A stretch of DNA of 64,000 nucleotides, from assembly GCA_964106645.2 (NCBI GenBank), contig OZ067038.1; one strand, 5' to 3'. Below, piece after piece: positions 13,036-64,000 of this stretch. The notes beneath the pieces were generated by a model. It was not told the DNA's origin. It saw only the letters and a program-made list of their open reading frames with translations, and searched no databases. The translations under genes were made by a program, and so were the position numbers. The stretch's first letter is position 1; every line of letters starts with the position of its first letter. This stretch comes from Podarcis pityusensis. Its lineage: Eukaryota.

Positions 13036-13518
13036 TGTTCCTGGTAAATTTCCCCTTTATTTCCCTGTTAAAATAATAATAAAACGACAGTCTTCTTTAA
13101 AAGTAATAGTAAAGTTTACTTACATTCAGTTCACAGCAGTAATCTGAAGGCAGACTTCAACTTGTGGTTACAGTTACATTTGTAGAGAAAAGAAGTCTGA
13201 ACTTCACCTCCAACTTTCTACCTTGCGGCTTCCATCCTCTGTAAGGATGAGCCATGTGCTGGCTAAGAGCCAGAAGAGGAGGCCCAAGAGAGAAGTCAGA
13301 AATGAGAAAATGGAAAAAGGGAAGATGGCTGCGTGGCTAGCCCTTTTACATGGTCAGCTAGGGCCACGCCCATCTACTTGGTCACACACAGGGGGAGGAG
13401 GCACCAGAATAGATATGACAGGAAGTCCTCCCTGTCTGGGGCCACATCCCCCTGTGTGTCCACTCTAGGCAACAGGAAGATGTTGTACTTGACTGCTTCA
13501 GTGATGATACATCCCACA
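13036..13518 (-). mobile_element. Putative solo LTR, copy 1
   Basis: TGTTCCTGGTAA...ACATCCCACA (TG...CA termini); colinear similarity with 17492-17948. Confidence 0.55.
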
Positions 13519-14203
13519 ATAGTCAATGGCCAAGGGCAGCATCTGAAGGCCCACAGGTTCCCCATCTCTGCACTTGCACTCTCGCTCTTGTTCTCACTGT
13601 AGTCTGCCCTTTGAGAATGCTCAGGAATGAAGAAAATGAGAGCACTAAGAAGAGAGTGAGAGAAAGAAGAGAAAGAACTGTAGAAAATAAACTAACAAAT
13701 AATGTGTTTTTTTAACCTAATATCAGATATTTCTGGAAGCAAAGAAAAGCTGCTTTTCAAGAGAGAAGAAAACATTTCCAGGAGAACTTAGCTGTTACTG
13801 CCCAATGTTTCAGAAATCCTGCCTAATGGGTCACTATCAAAAGCCCCTTATGGTGATCATGTGTAGTATGCTAAATACTGACAAAGTGAGTCAGATGGTG
13901 GGACCTGAAACAAGCAGTGAGGCACATGGTTTTCACTAAGTAATTGAGGCTGATCAATCTGCACTAGTTTTTGAACATCAGATTTGTAGATCTCAGCATT
14001 GTGATAGTTAGGATGCTGCTTCAGCTGCATCTACAAAGGGCATTTAAGTTTGGGCTATACAAATATTTAAAATGCCCTTATGCATGTTTGACTTGCCATT
14101 CTAAATGCACACACACAATTGATGCAGTCAATCCATTAAATCATTTCTGGGTTATTTGATTTAGTACATCATCATCATCATCATCATTATTAAAATGTCT
14201 ATA

Positions 14204-14424
14204 CAGTGGTGCTTCGGGTTACAAACACTGTGTTACAAACTCCGCTAACCCGGAAGTAGTACCTTGGGTTGTGAACTTGCCCCAGGATGAGAACGGAAAT
14301 TGTGCGCCGGCAGCCTGCCAGCAGTGGAAGGCCCATTAGCGAAAGCACGCCTCAAGTTAAGAGCGGTTTCAAGTTAAGAATGGACCTCCAGAACAAATTA
14401 AGTTCATAACCCAAGGTACCACTG
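14204..14424 (-). mobile_element. Tc1/mariner(pogo)-type MITE
   Basis: TA|CAGTGGTGCTTCGGGTTA...TAACCCAAGGTACCACTG|TA; reverse orientation relative to the 38131 copy. Confidence 0.85.
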
Positions 14425-17400
14425 TACTTCCCTTCATCTGAGGATCACAGGGTAGTATACATTTTAAAAATCTGTTGAAGCTTACGCACATCACTTTTTA
14501 TACATATGTGTTATTATCAGTGTACATTTTTATATGTCCTTTTAATTTCAGTTGGAGACAGCTAAGCATGTACAATCCTTGATCTTATTAGCATTTAAGC
14601 ATGTTTAATTCTGGTTGGTTAATGCCCTAATTGATTTTGCTTCTGCCTTTTCAGCAGTTCTCTCATATCATCATAAAACTTGAAGGAATCAAAACACCAG
14701 CTAGTTTTAGAATCCCATTTTCTACTATTCACTCCCAAATGCCATTCAGTCCAGATTACAGCATGCCAACATCACAGAGCAGGTGTGTTGCCGTACAGCG
14801 CCAAAACAGTGATCCAAGCCATATGCTAAAGCAGGGAGGGGGAGGAGAATGTGTGGTCCTCCAGGGTGACTTGACTACATCAGCTCTTGACCATGGGCCC
14901 TGGGGCTGACAGGAGTTGGAATTGACTGGGAATGACATCAGGAGGGTCAGTTCCCCACCCTTGAGATAAAGTGAAGTTTGTGAGTGTGTGAGTTATAGGG
15001 TTACTTTTCACCCTCCCAGTATCTCAAGGCTATTGATCAATGATTCTCCCTGTTTACCTCCACTCCTGAACTATTAGGCCTCCCCCTGCAGTTTTGCATT
15101 TTGAAACCTGAGCTTTCCTTTCCGTAACTCCAACATTCATACGATTAGGATTCTTTCCCCCTGCATTTATTTATTTTTTTGCTTATCTGCAAGGACTTGG
15201 AGCGGGGGCCAGGGTACCGATGGGAGAGGAGGGGGAGATGCGAGCTGATCCAGGACAAGATCAATTACTATTTTTCATCTTTGACAAAGTAATTAAGGCT
15301 GTAGTGACTTGTTAATTCAATCCGAATGGCTGCTGTGGTGATAGATGCAGATTTACAATCAGTTCTGCTTCAGCGTAGGGAAATGATTATCCACTGCAAA
15401 CAGGAGGCCTGAGAGCAGGGAATCACTCCAGGGGGACGTGTTTCCTTTTTTAAAGAGACTGCAGGCTGCGCTACAGAGGCAGAAAAAAGCACATATGAAG
15501 AGAGGGGTGAGAGAGAGATGCCCTCATCTTCTCTAACACTCACATTCACACTTACATGTACAGTGGGTTGGAAACCATGTATGCAAAGGATTACTGTGCA
15601 TACAGCTCTCACAACTGGATCCCTGAAGCCAATATGTGAGATGATGTGTGTCCAGCGCCCAATGCTGGATTGGGGCCATGTGCGCCATGCCAGACAGATG
15701 GTCAGCGCTATCAGCTTTGACAGGACTTGTTCCTGCATCCATTCATCCCCTCCCCATCCCAATCACAGCCAATAGCACTAGCCTTCTGACTGGTGGGGCT
15801 CAGTGTGCAGAGATACAGAAATTCCTTATAGAATGAAAGCTTGATCCATATACTACAGAGAGTAAATCCATATGGCCAATCTGGCAAGTTGAGGCTTGAG
15901 GGCAGATTGAGTTTGTCTGTGCAGCATTCTACCCAAGGGTAAAATGGTGGTGTTATTTGCTGCTTCTTGAACACAACACACATTTAAGCTTTATTCACAC
16001 TATAAATGTATATTGGCTTTAGATCACTTAATTGTCATGGCTTCCCCAAAGGAACCCTAGGAATCATAGTATGGAAAGGGTGCTGATTACTCTGTTCTCA
16101 TTCTGGTTCCCTAGCCCTGCCCCTTTCATGATACCATTATCAGGACTGTCTTATAGAAGGAGTGATTTTTCAACCAGGATAAGTTTATAACATATATTCT
16201 GAATGTTTAACCAGATTTGGGGCAGATTTACTTCAGTAACTATTCACCTGTGCCATGAGCTGGAAATATTCTGAACTCACTGCAGGTCCAGCAACCTCAA
16301 TACCACAGAGAGCATGCAAATCCTTCAGAGATCTACTCAGCTTATATGTCAAGCATGTAAATTTACACTGTGACACGAAGTCATGCAAATCGACACAAAG
16401 TTTGTCAAATACAAATAGCTGTTTCTTAAAAGGGCATTTTGCCATTAATTCATCAAAACAGTGCATGATAGCATGGGTGCCTGTTTCCTAATTTTACTTC
16501 TTACATAATCTCTGTAGAATAAAATAGACCATGGCACCCTGTTTTAAACGCCTTTTGATCAGGCAGCTTTCTATGTACCACACACTTAGGAAAACACAGC
16601 AGATTTCTGTGCAACCAGTTTGAGGAACATCAGTGACTGAGTGCACCACATGGGCTGCTTCAAAGATGGAACTTCTCATTTTTGATGGAAATGTCGCAGG
16701 TCTCAGGATTTCTGGTGGGTTGTGTATGCTACATGCTCAAGTATGCTGTGCCAAGAGGCCAACATGGTAACATGGGTCCAGCGCTAGCCTTTTAAATCTT
16801 TGTTTCGTGGGAGGAATAAGGCCATTTGGTTTGAAACTTTGACAACTCACCTCCTTGTTGCAGCTCTCATGGAAGTTGCACACTTTGGGGGAAGTGACAG
16901 GCAGTTTGATAAAGGGAGGCGGTGTGGCAGATATGGCAGCTAGCATTGGCTGACAAATTAACACAGCAATGCAAACTGTCTGGGGGTGAAATTGAGTGGG
17001 ACACTTATTCTGAAGGCTGGATGTGCCTACATTAATTCTAACCCTAGGGAATCCAGATCCAGCCAGCCTGCCAGCCAGCTCAGTGTTCCTTTTGGACAGA
17101 CACCTTGGTATAGCTGGGAATTTATGCCCTTGGTCAATGTTGTATTGTTTATTCTTTCTACTTACTAGAAGAAAAAAATGGTGTTAGCTTACATGGTAGT
17201 CATGGGTCTTTTCTTCTACAACTGGATGGGATGTGCATGTTTGTGATCTTATTCTTACTGTTGAGGTTGCAATTGTTACTGTCTTTCAATTCAAGAGAAA
17301 AAAGGCGTGGAGATGTTCAGGGTGTCAGGAGAGGATATATTGTTTATTAATATCCTTCCTAACTTGCAATAGAAAGTTCCTTTACTTAGCAGAGTTTACA

Positions 17401-17491
17401 TTCCCCTTCTCACATACAGCAGAAAGCTGGTTGCAGGCTCGTTAGAACCTCTTACTATTATGCAATTTAATCTGCCTCAGATTGAATTGTA

Positions 17492-17948
17492 TGTTCCTGG
17501 TAAGATCCCCTTTAAAAATCCCTCCTAAAAGAATAAAGACAACACCGTCTTATTCATAAGCAATAAAAAGAAAGTTTACTCATGATCAAGCAGAGCACAG
17601 TGTGATCCCTGTAGGCAGGCTTTAGGCTTAAAGATACAAATTTATACTGACAGGTTTATCCCATAAGGGAGATGACCTGGGCGACTGCTTGGCTGGCAGC
17701 CAGCAGTTCATTCCAGGAAGTTCGCAGGACAGAAAAATGATGGAAAAGAGAGAGAGTCGCAGCATGCCTTGGCCTTTTACCGGGTCTGGAAAGGTCACAC
17801 CCACCCACTAGTCACATGCAAGGAAGGATGCTGCAGGCCAGGAGGAACAGGAAGTTTTGACTGGCTGGACCAAACATTCCCTTGCATGTCCACTCTAGGA
17901 AAACAAGGAATGTTGTGTTTGACTGCTCCCTGTGGATTACATCCCATA
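17492..17948 (-). mobile_element. Putative solo LTR, copy 2
   Basis: TGTTCCTGGTAAG...ACATCCCATA; shares blocks AAAGTTTACT, ACAGGAAGT, TGTCCACTCTAGG and TTGACTGCT with copy 1. Confidence 0.55.
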
Positions 17949-19399
17949 GAAAGAAGGAGCCTTTAGTCTGCAACTGATTTTGCCAGGAAACATGTTTCTG
18001 ATGGAGGGGGGGCTGGCACATGGGCACTCACATGATTGTTTCCAGGGAGGGCAAAGGAAACAAACAAATATAACTAGCATCAACTAACAGATGTACCATT
18101 ATGGGAAATCTGGTGATTCAGTGGTAGAGAGGCCTGGGTAGATATGGCCTCTGACAAGCTTGCAATCCAGATTCATCCTTCCACTGTTTTGCAATAGGTA
18201 GAACTGCTGTATATCTGTGGGTAGCCCTAGCATCCAGACAATATTTAACACTTATTGCATTTATATCCCTTTTTTTTATTATTCAATGAGTTTAAGATGG
18301 TATACTGCAGATGGTTCTCCCCGCCCTCATTTAATCCTCACAACCTTGCGACTACTGAAACCCTCAGTCCGTTCTCTGGCATCCTTCACTCCCTCCCCCC
18401 TTAATTAATTGCAGATATCTGGAATTTTAACATAAAAACAAAAGGTAGAGTCAAAGGAAGGAGTGCTTTCTAACAAGGGTATATGGAAAAGGGTCTTCCT
18501 GAATGCTGGAAAAGAATTGTATATTTAACTTTAGGAAGTGTGATGTCTGAGTTCCATGCATTTCAAGTCTCCAGGTCAAATTCTTACTCTTATTTCAAAT
18601 ATGTTCTCTTAAATAGGCCTCCCAGTGTGGTTTCCCATCCAGGTATCTTATCAGATTCACCCAGTTTCAGGAAGGCGGCAGCATCAAGGTTCCAATTCTG
18701 GGCCCAAATTCTGGGAATTCTAAAGGCACAAAAAAATGAAAACATTGAACATCAGCCAAATAGACATTGAAGGCAGGGATTGATTTTTATTTTTATTATT
18801 ATTATTATTTGCTGCCTCTTTTCTTCTAAGGAGGATCTGACCCTCTTCATGTCATCAAAACAGAAGAAGCGCCCATCTCTTCCAGCAAGCTGCTTCCCAT
18901 GGTGGCCAACTTTCAGCCAGAATTTCTATAAGCAGTCTGTACAGGGTTGCCTTCACAGCACAAAGCCACTGCTGCTTCGTTGGCCAACTTCCCATGCTCC
19001 TTCTTGCTCCCTGTTAACAAAGAGGAAAGAAATGCCAGCAGTGTTGGTGCAGATCTGCCATAAGTGTGTGGAGGGATTTTTTTTAAGCGACGTAGACTAT
19101 ATGGAGAGGTAGTCCACCCGCTTCCCACTCATTTCCAGGCCAGGACCCTTTCAAGCTGGCACGGAGATCTATCTAGCCCTGCAATAAAAAAAGAAAACCG
19201 TCCATCCCACGAGGGTAAAAAAAAAAATAGCCCCCCTCCACCTCTTTCCCCCTTTTCTTCCTAATGTCTCAACAAATGAAACTGGTTTGTAACAATGTTA
19301 CATGGAAAAAAAATACGAGAGAGACATTGCACACACTTTTGTAAATAAAAAAAAATATTTAATAAAAAAAAGGTGGAAATTGACACTTTGTAGCTGGGA

Positions 19400-20260
19400 C
19401 GCAGAGTTTACTAGAAATTGGCCCTCTAGCCGCCGTCTCCCCTTCTCCCACTTCTACCCGCCTCCACTGCACCAAAGAGCATGCACAGATTGCTCTCTCC
19501 TCTTCGAGGCGCAACTGCGGCTGTGGCGAGGGGTGTAAGGGGAAAGGCTCCAGTCCTGGTTTTGCTGCTCCCCTGTGTATCGGATGGGCTCGTGCAGACC
19601 TAGACGCCTCCTTCGGTGGTAGCAAAACAGCACGACTTTGGCTCGCTTTTGTTTGCAGGAATTTACGCCGTGCGCTTCAAACTTCAAGTGCTTCGGTTTA
19701 AATCCGCAGGATTCTGAGTCACTGATGCGCCAGTCCCTAAATCTCTGCTGCTGCTCCTCCTCCTCCTCTAACTCCCGTTGCGGACAGTCCCGCTCGTGAA
19801 CTTGACTGGAAAGAGGCAAATCCCAGATAGGCAGCCCTCTTCGCTCTGCAGCAACGCGGAAACAAAGGGCTCCCTGGACGCAGGAGGCGCTTTGAGCACA
19901 GACCAAGCGCTGAGAGTCCTTCTTGCCGCGGTCTTTGCTCTGAAACTCCTCTCTGCAGCGGGCTGGGATGACGCGAGTTCCAGGCCCCCCTCGGCAACGC
20001 AGTTGCCCGCCCTTCTTGCCCTCAAAAGGAAGAAAGGTTTAAATAAAGAGGGAGGGGGAAGCTGATGAGCAACGGGCAAAGGTTGTGGAGAGTTAAAGAA
20101 GGGGAGGGAGCGCTTACCAGGTTTAGCTATTTATAACATCCCTTCAAATCAAGAAGATCAATGAGTACGAAATTGTTGGCGCCTGATGTCCGCTTTATTA
20201 AATATGACGCAAATAGACGCGCATTGGACCACCTTAGAGAGTGGTGAGAAAGGGGCTTGG
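19400..20260. promoter_or_regulatory. CpG island about 3 kb upstream of the SLC6A5 start codon
   Basis: Sharp rise in GC and CpG density compared with the CpG-depleted flanks; no recognisable coding homology. Confidence 0.6.
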
Positions 20261-22399
20261 GATACTCCCCGTTAACTCTTCCTCGTGTAGAAAATAATCT
20301 GATGAATAATACACTGGATATCTCCGCACAAATGAAAGCTAATTAGATTACACTGGAGACAAAATGAATCTATTTCCATCTACATTTCTTTAAGCGCTAC
20401 AACCATTCCTTGCTTTGGTTCTCTTGTGGAACCAGCGCACTGTAGTTGGGTGAGTTTGGGAGCTGCGAAGATTAGTTTTGAGAATACTGAGAGAGGGGAG
20501 GCTCGGGGGTGTAATTTAACCACTACCGAGATCTTCTTGCATAGGAAAACTAGCTCTGTATTATTCTTCAGCCAACTTCTAATGACGTTAATGGACTTGT
20601 TTGACTTCGGTAAAAGTGTGTGAGAGAGGGGCGGGAGGAAGCTCTGAAAAATTAAATGTTAGGAGCTTGGAAAGCACCCTGTAACTCTCTTCCTAGTTCA
20701 CTTAGTTAATCACCCTTTTGCAATTATGTGAATTTCCACTTCCAATTCATCGACGAGGCTAACAAAATTCTGCTAGTGTGTTTTTCACTGGAGACAAAGA
20801 TGTCCGGTTGTTGTTACTACTTTATTGTTCCACTTTCAAATTTAATAAATTAACAGTGCGCTAAAATGGCCAGAAATTTATGAGCAGATTCCTGTAGTTC
20901 GAACCCTACCTTATTTATTGAAGTCTCCTGCTTCGGACAGTGAAACTGTGACAAACAACACTAGTCCTTTAAGATGGATGGTTTGTCTCTTTTAATTTAG
21001 TTCATATATTTTAAAGGGATTACTCTAATTTTTTTGGGGGGGGTGTCTGGGTGACACCAAGAGTAAAAAAAAACTCTGTTCTGTAACCCACAGCTGTATC
21101 TGCAATTGAATTGAAACCTTGGGTACGATTCAGCTACAGCTTGGTGCTTTTAAATGGCGTTGATTTCAATAGGATAGTTAAGCTATCAACAGCGTGACTC
21201 TGTCATGTCTACTCAGAGGCAAATAACATTGGATTCAATGGGACTTACTCCTGCTGAAAGCTGAAGTCCTATACACTCTTACCTAGAAGTAAGCCCCACT
21301 GAACGCACTTCTGAGTAAGTACAAGACTGTGCTGTAAGAAACGCAGTAAGGAAAACATTTCAAAGCAAGATACAAATTATTTTATTTATGTTCTGATAAA
21401 TACTCCCACCACCACTGGTGTATATGCGTTGGCGGGCCACATCTTTCTTCATTTTTTTTTTAAATCGTATATTTTGATTCACGATTTTTATTTTATTTTA
21501 AGCACACAGCAATGTCTTCGGAAATAAGTCCTACTGTTCAGTGCGGGTGAGTCTCAAGTGTGCCTCAACTCCTAAAGCGTGCCTGACTCCTAAAAGGCCA
21601 AGAGAGCTGCCGGCCCAACTTTTTAGTAGCATACCTGATGCTGCAGCTCTGAGATAATGTGGGTTAATAGTTTGCTAATGTCTTCAGTTCTAATCCGTGC
21701 TAGACATCTGAAGGGCATCGAACGAAGCAGGACATTGCTTGTATTCTTAAACTGCAAGTGTGCATTTCATAATTTTATACACAGAGATACATAAAAGGCG
21801 GGTGAAATATTCTTTTCCACAATGTGCACAAGGCCACTATACATACGTACATATACGTTCAAAATTCACGCTGATCCTAAATGCGTTTGCTTAAAATAAT
21901 GCTGCATTGATTTTAAGGGAAATTGTTTCCTCATAAGAGTGACTGGTTAGGATCGCAGCATGTACCCTGTACTGTCCAGTTTGGGAAGCGTGCAAAAATT
22001 ATAATCGTGTTCCTTTTACGGCTGCTGTTCTGTAACTAAAGCTTTTTCTTACACATCGAAGCTACATGGGAAACAATGAGCCAGAGCTGCTTAGAGAATC
22101 TCGGGAATTCTCTAGGATGCGCAGAGTTGTCCAAAGGGCGCTTCAACTTTGCGCACGAAGATTGGATCCAACAGTTCCTCCTTACCTGCTCAACCTCAAG
22201 CATTTTTTAAACGCATCAAATATGCTCGGCATGTCTTTTTCTCTTCACCCCACTGCCCTAAAGATGACCTCGATGGATATTAACACATTGCTGAGCTGCT
22301 TGGGTTGATTTCGTCTGTGGTATGTCTCCCGTTGCGTTTTGTGGAAAGAAGTCGGGAGAGGGGAGATTCCTCCCCTTTCCTGAAGATCTGTTACATTAA

Positions 22400-23000
22400 A
22401 TCAAAACTGCTGCCCTGGCCAGCCTGCAGCTGAAAGGCAGAGAGAAGAAGGCTCACGGGCTGAAGCGTCTAAAAAAAAAGTCCAAAGACGTGGTGGAATG
22501 GGGTGTGTCCATTGCAGAGGTTCTGGCTTGAAGCGTAAGGAGACGTAGAGCGGTGCTCGCAGGAGGGAGGCGGAGGCGGGGAGGTCTTTCGCGGCTCGCG
22601 TTTGTGCTTTGGGTGCAATAGGACGTGTTCCTCACATGTTCTTTTTCTAATTACCAGCAAGAAAGTTCTGCTTTCGTTGGGCTTGGCTTATTCAGCATAT
22701 CCCCCCTCCCCAATGAGTCACACCGAACACGTAATCTCAACCGCTGCCTGAGTGACAGCGAGCCGGCGCGCAGGCTTCTTGTTGTCCCTTTAAAATCCGA
22801 ATCCAAGGGTAATGATTTATCAAGCTCGTATTATCAAGAAAATGTCATACGAAGGGCACCTTGCTATGCACTGACGCAAACCCAGTCTTTCCCACGGAGG
22901 TATAGAAAGCTTTGGTCTTGTCGGAGCAAAACCCAGTCTACCCATTTTGCCTGTGCTGCTGTTTTTACCTCTGCGGGTTCTATCTGATGCTACTTTAGAC
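22400..23000 (+). promoter_or_regulatory. Putative SLC6A5 core promoter and 5' UTR
   Basis: CpG-rich. CCAAT 22710-22714 overlaps AP-1 TGAGTCA 22714-22720; TATA-like TTTAAAA 22789-22795; PBX-HOX-type TGATTTAT 22813-22820; CRE/C-EBP-like TGACGCAA 22872-22879. All lie just upstream of the exon-1 ATG. Confidence 0.6.
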
Positions 23001-63233
<40,233 letters not shown>

Positions 63234-64000
63234 GTAAGAAAACAATGTGCTATATATCTCGATCACACAGTGATAAGTACATGTGAAAATGTGTTGAGTT
63301 GCACACAACTAGTCCCACTTTTAGAAACAAAAGACTTTTATCATTTAATGGTTTGAAAATCAAACATTTCTCTGGAATTTCACTCAGAGTAAGAAAACTT
63401 TAATCTTTTTTATATTGCTGCAGCTGGACTGCTTAGATAAGCAAGTCATTTGTTATAGATAGCACTTTGTTAAAATTAAAGTGGATGTTCAGTTAATAGC
63501 AATATAGGCTATATAAAAGTAATGGTGAGGCATACCATCCAGATCAATTTGTGTGGTACACAAATAAGAATATAGGTTCACAGTAGCCAAGGTTCAGGTT
63601 CTAATAATGGCTTAATAACGATGGTACACTCATGCACTTTTAGTTTGTATAAATACAATTAGTAAGTCATATAATGTTTGTAAGCAATACAAATGCAAAG
63701 TGTGTTTGTATGGAAAGGCACAAGTAATATAAAGAATTTGTTCTTAGTAGATAGCACCCACTGCTTTTGTCTGAATGCCTGCTTTAAACAATTTGAATAA
63801 CTTAATTAGGACAATGACCTGTAATAATAGCTTATCAGGAGCACACACCTTCTCCCCACCAGTTATCTTGCAATACACTGTGAATTGCAAGAAAATAATA
63901 ATATGTCTTGGATGTATGGAAATTTCTGCCTCCAGTTTTCAGAGAGTGGCATGAAGTATGATTTTTTAACAGTATAATATCCAGGTTTATGTTGTCAGAA

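Noticed and set aside
19170-19375. Clustered AATAAA signals as the 3' end of an unknown + strand gene
   Set aside because: They sit in A-rich runs at the edge of a CpG island, with no upstream exons identifiable.
19454-19906. 150-aa minus-strand ORF with a poly-Glu/Gln run
   Set aside because: By-product of a GC-rich CpG island and short trinucleotide runs; no homology recognised.
1-22400. PRMT3 terminal exons, expected upstream from mammalian synteny
   Set aside because: I could not find PRMT3-like peptide sequence; the gene probably lies outside the window. TBLASTN would settle this.

Overview
Vertebrate genomic DNA, almost certainly from a squamate reptile and probably a lacertid lizard (Sauria SINEs, a Squam3-like SINE, squamate L1/L2/RTE/CR1 fragments). 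The window holds one protein-coding gene, SLC6A5 (GlyT2, the Na+/Cl- dependent neuronal glycine transporter), on the + strand. I traced coding exons 1-13 (ATG at 23001 to 63233; 1945 nt, about 648 codons) with GT-AG introns and a continuous reading frame; the remaining exons (14-16 in human) lie beyond the window. The first 22 kb is intergenic: repeats, candidate homeodomain-rich enhancers and an upstream CpG island. The rest is transposon debris: a nested L1-in-L1, Tc1/mariner and hAT MITEs with target-site duplications (TSDs), solo LTRs, tRNA-headed SINEs and microsatellites. I found no convincing new multi-gene system. The best leads are two CR1-tailed SINEs with different tRNA heads (Lys vs Asn), uORFs before a one-codon first coding exon, a GlyT1-like Leu at the human R531 position, a candidate 42-nt cassette exon, and CpG-rich intronic elements. 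Comparisons with human GlyT2 and repeat families are from memory and were not checked by alignment.
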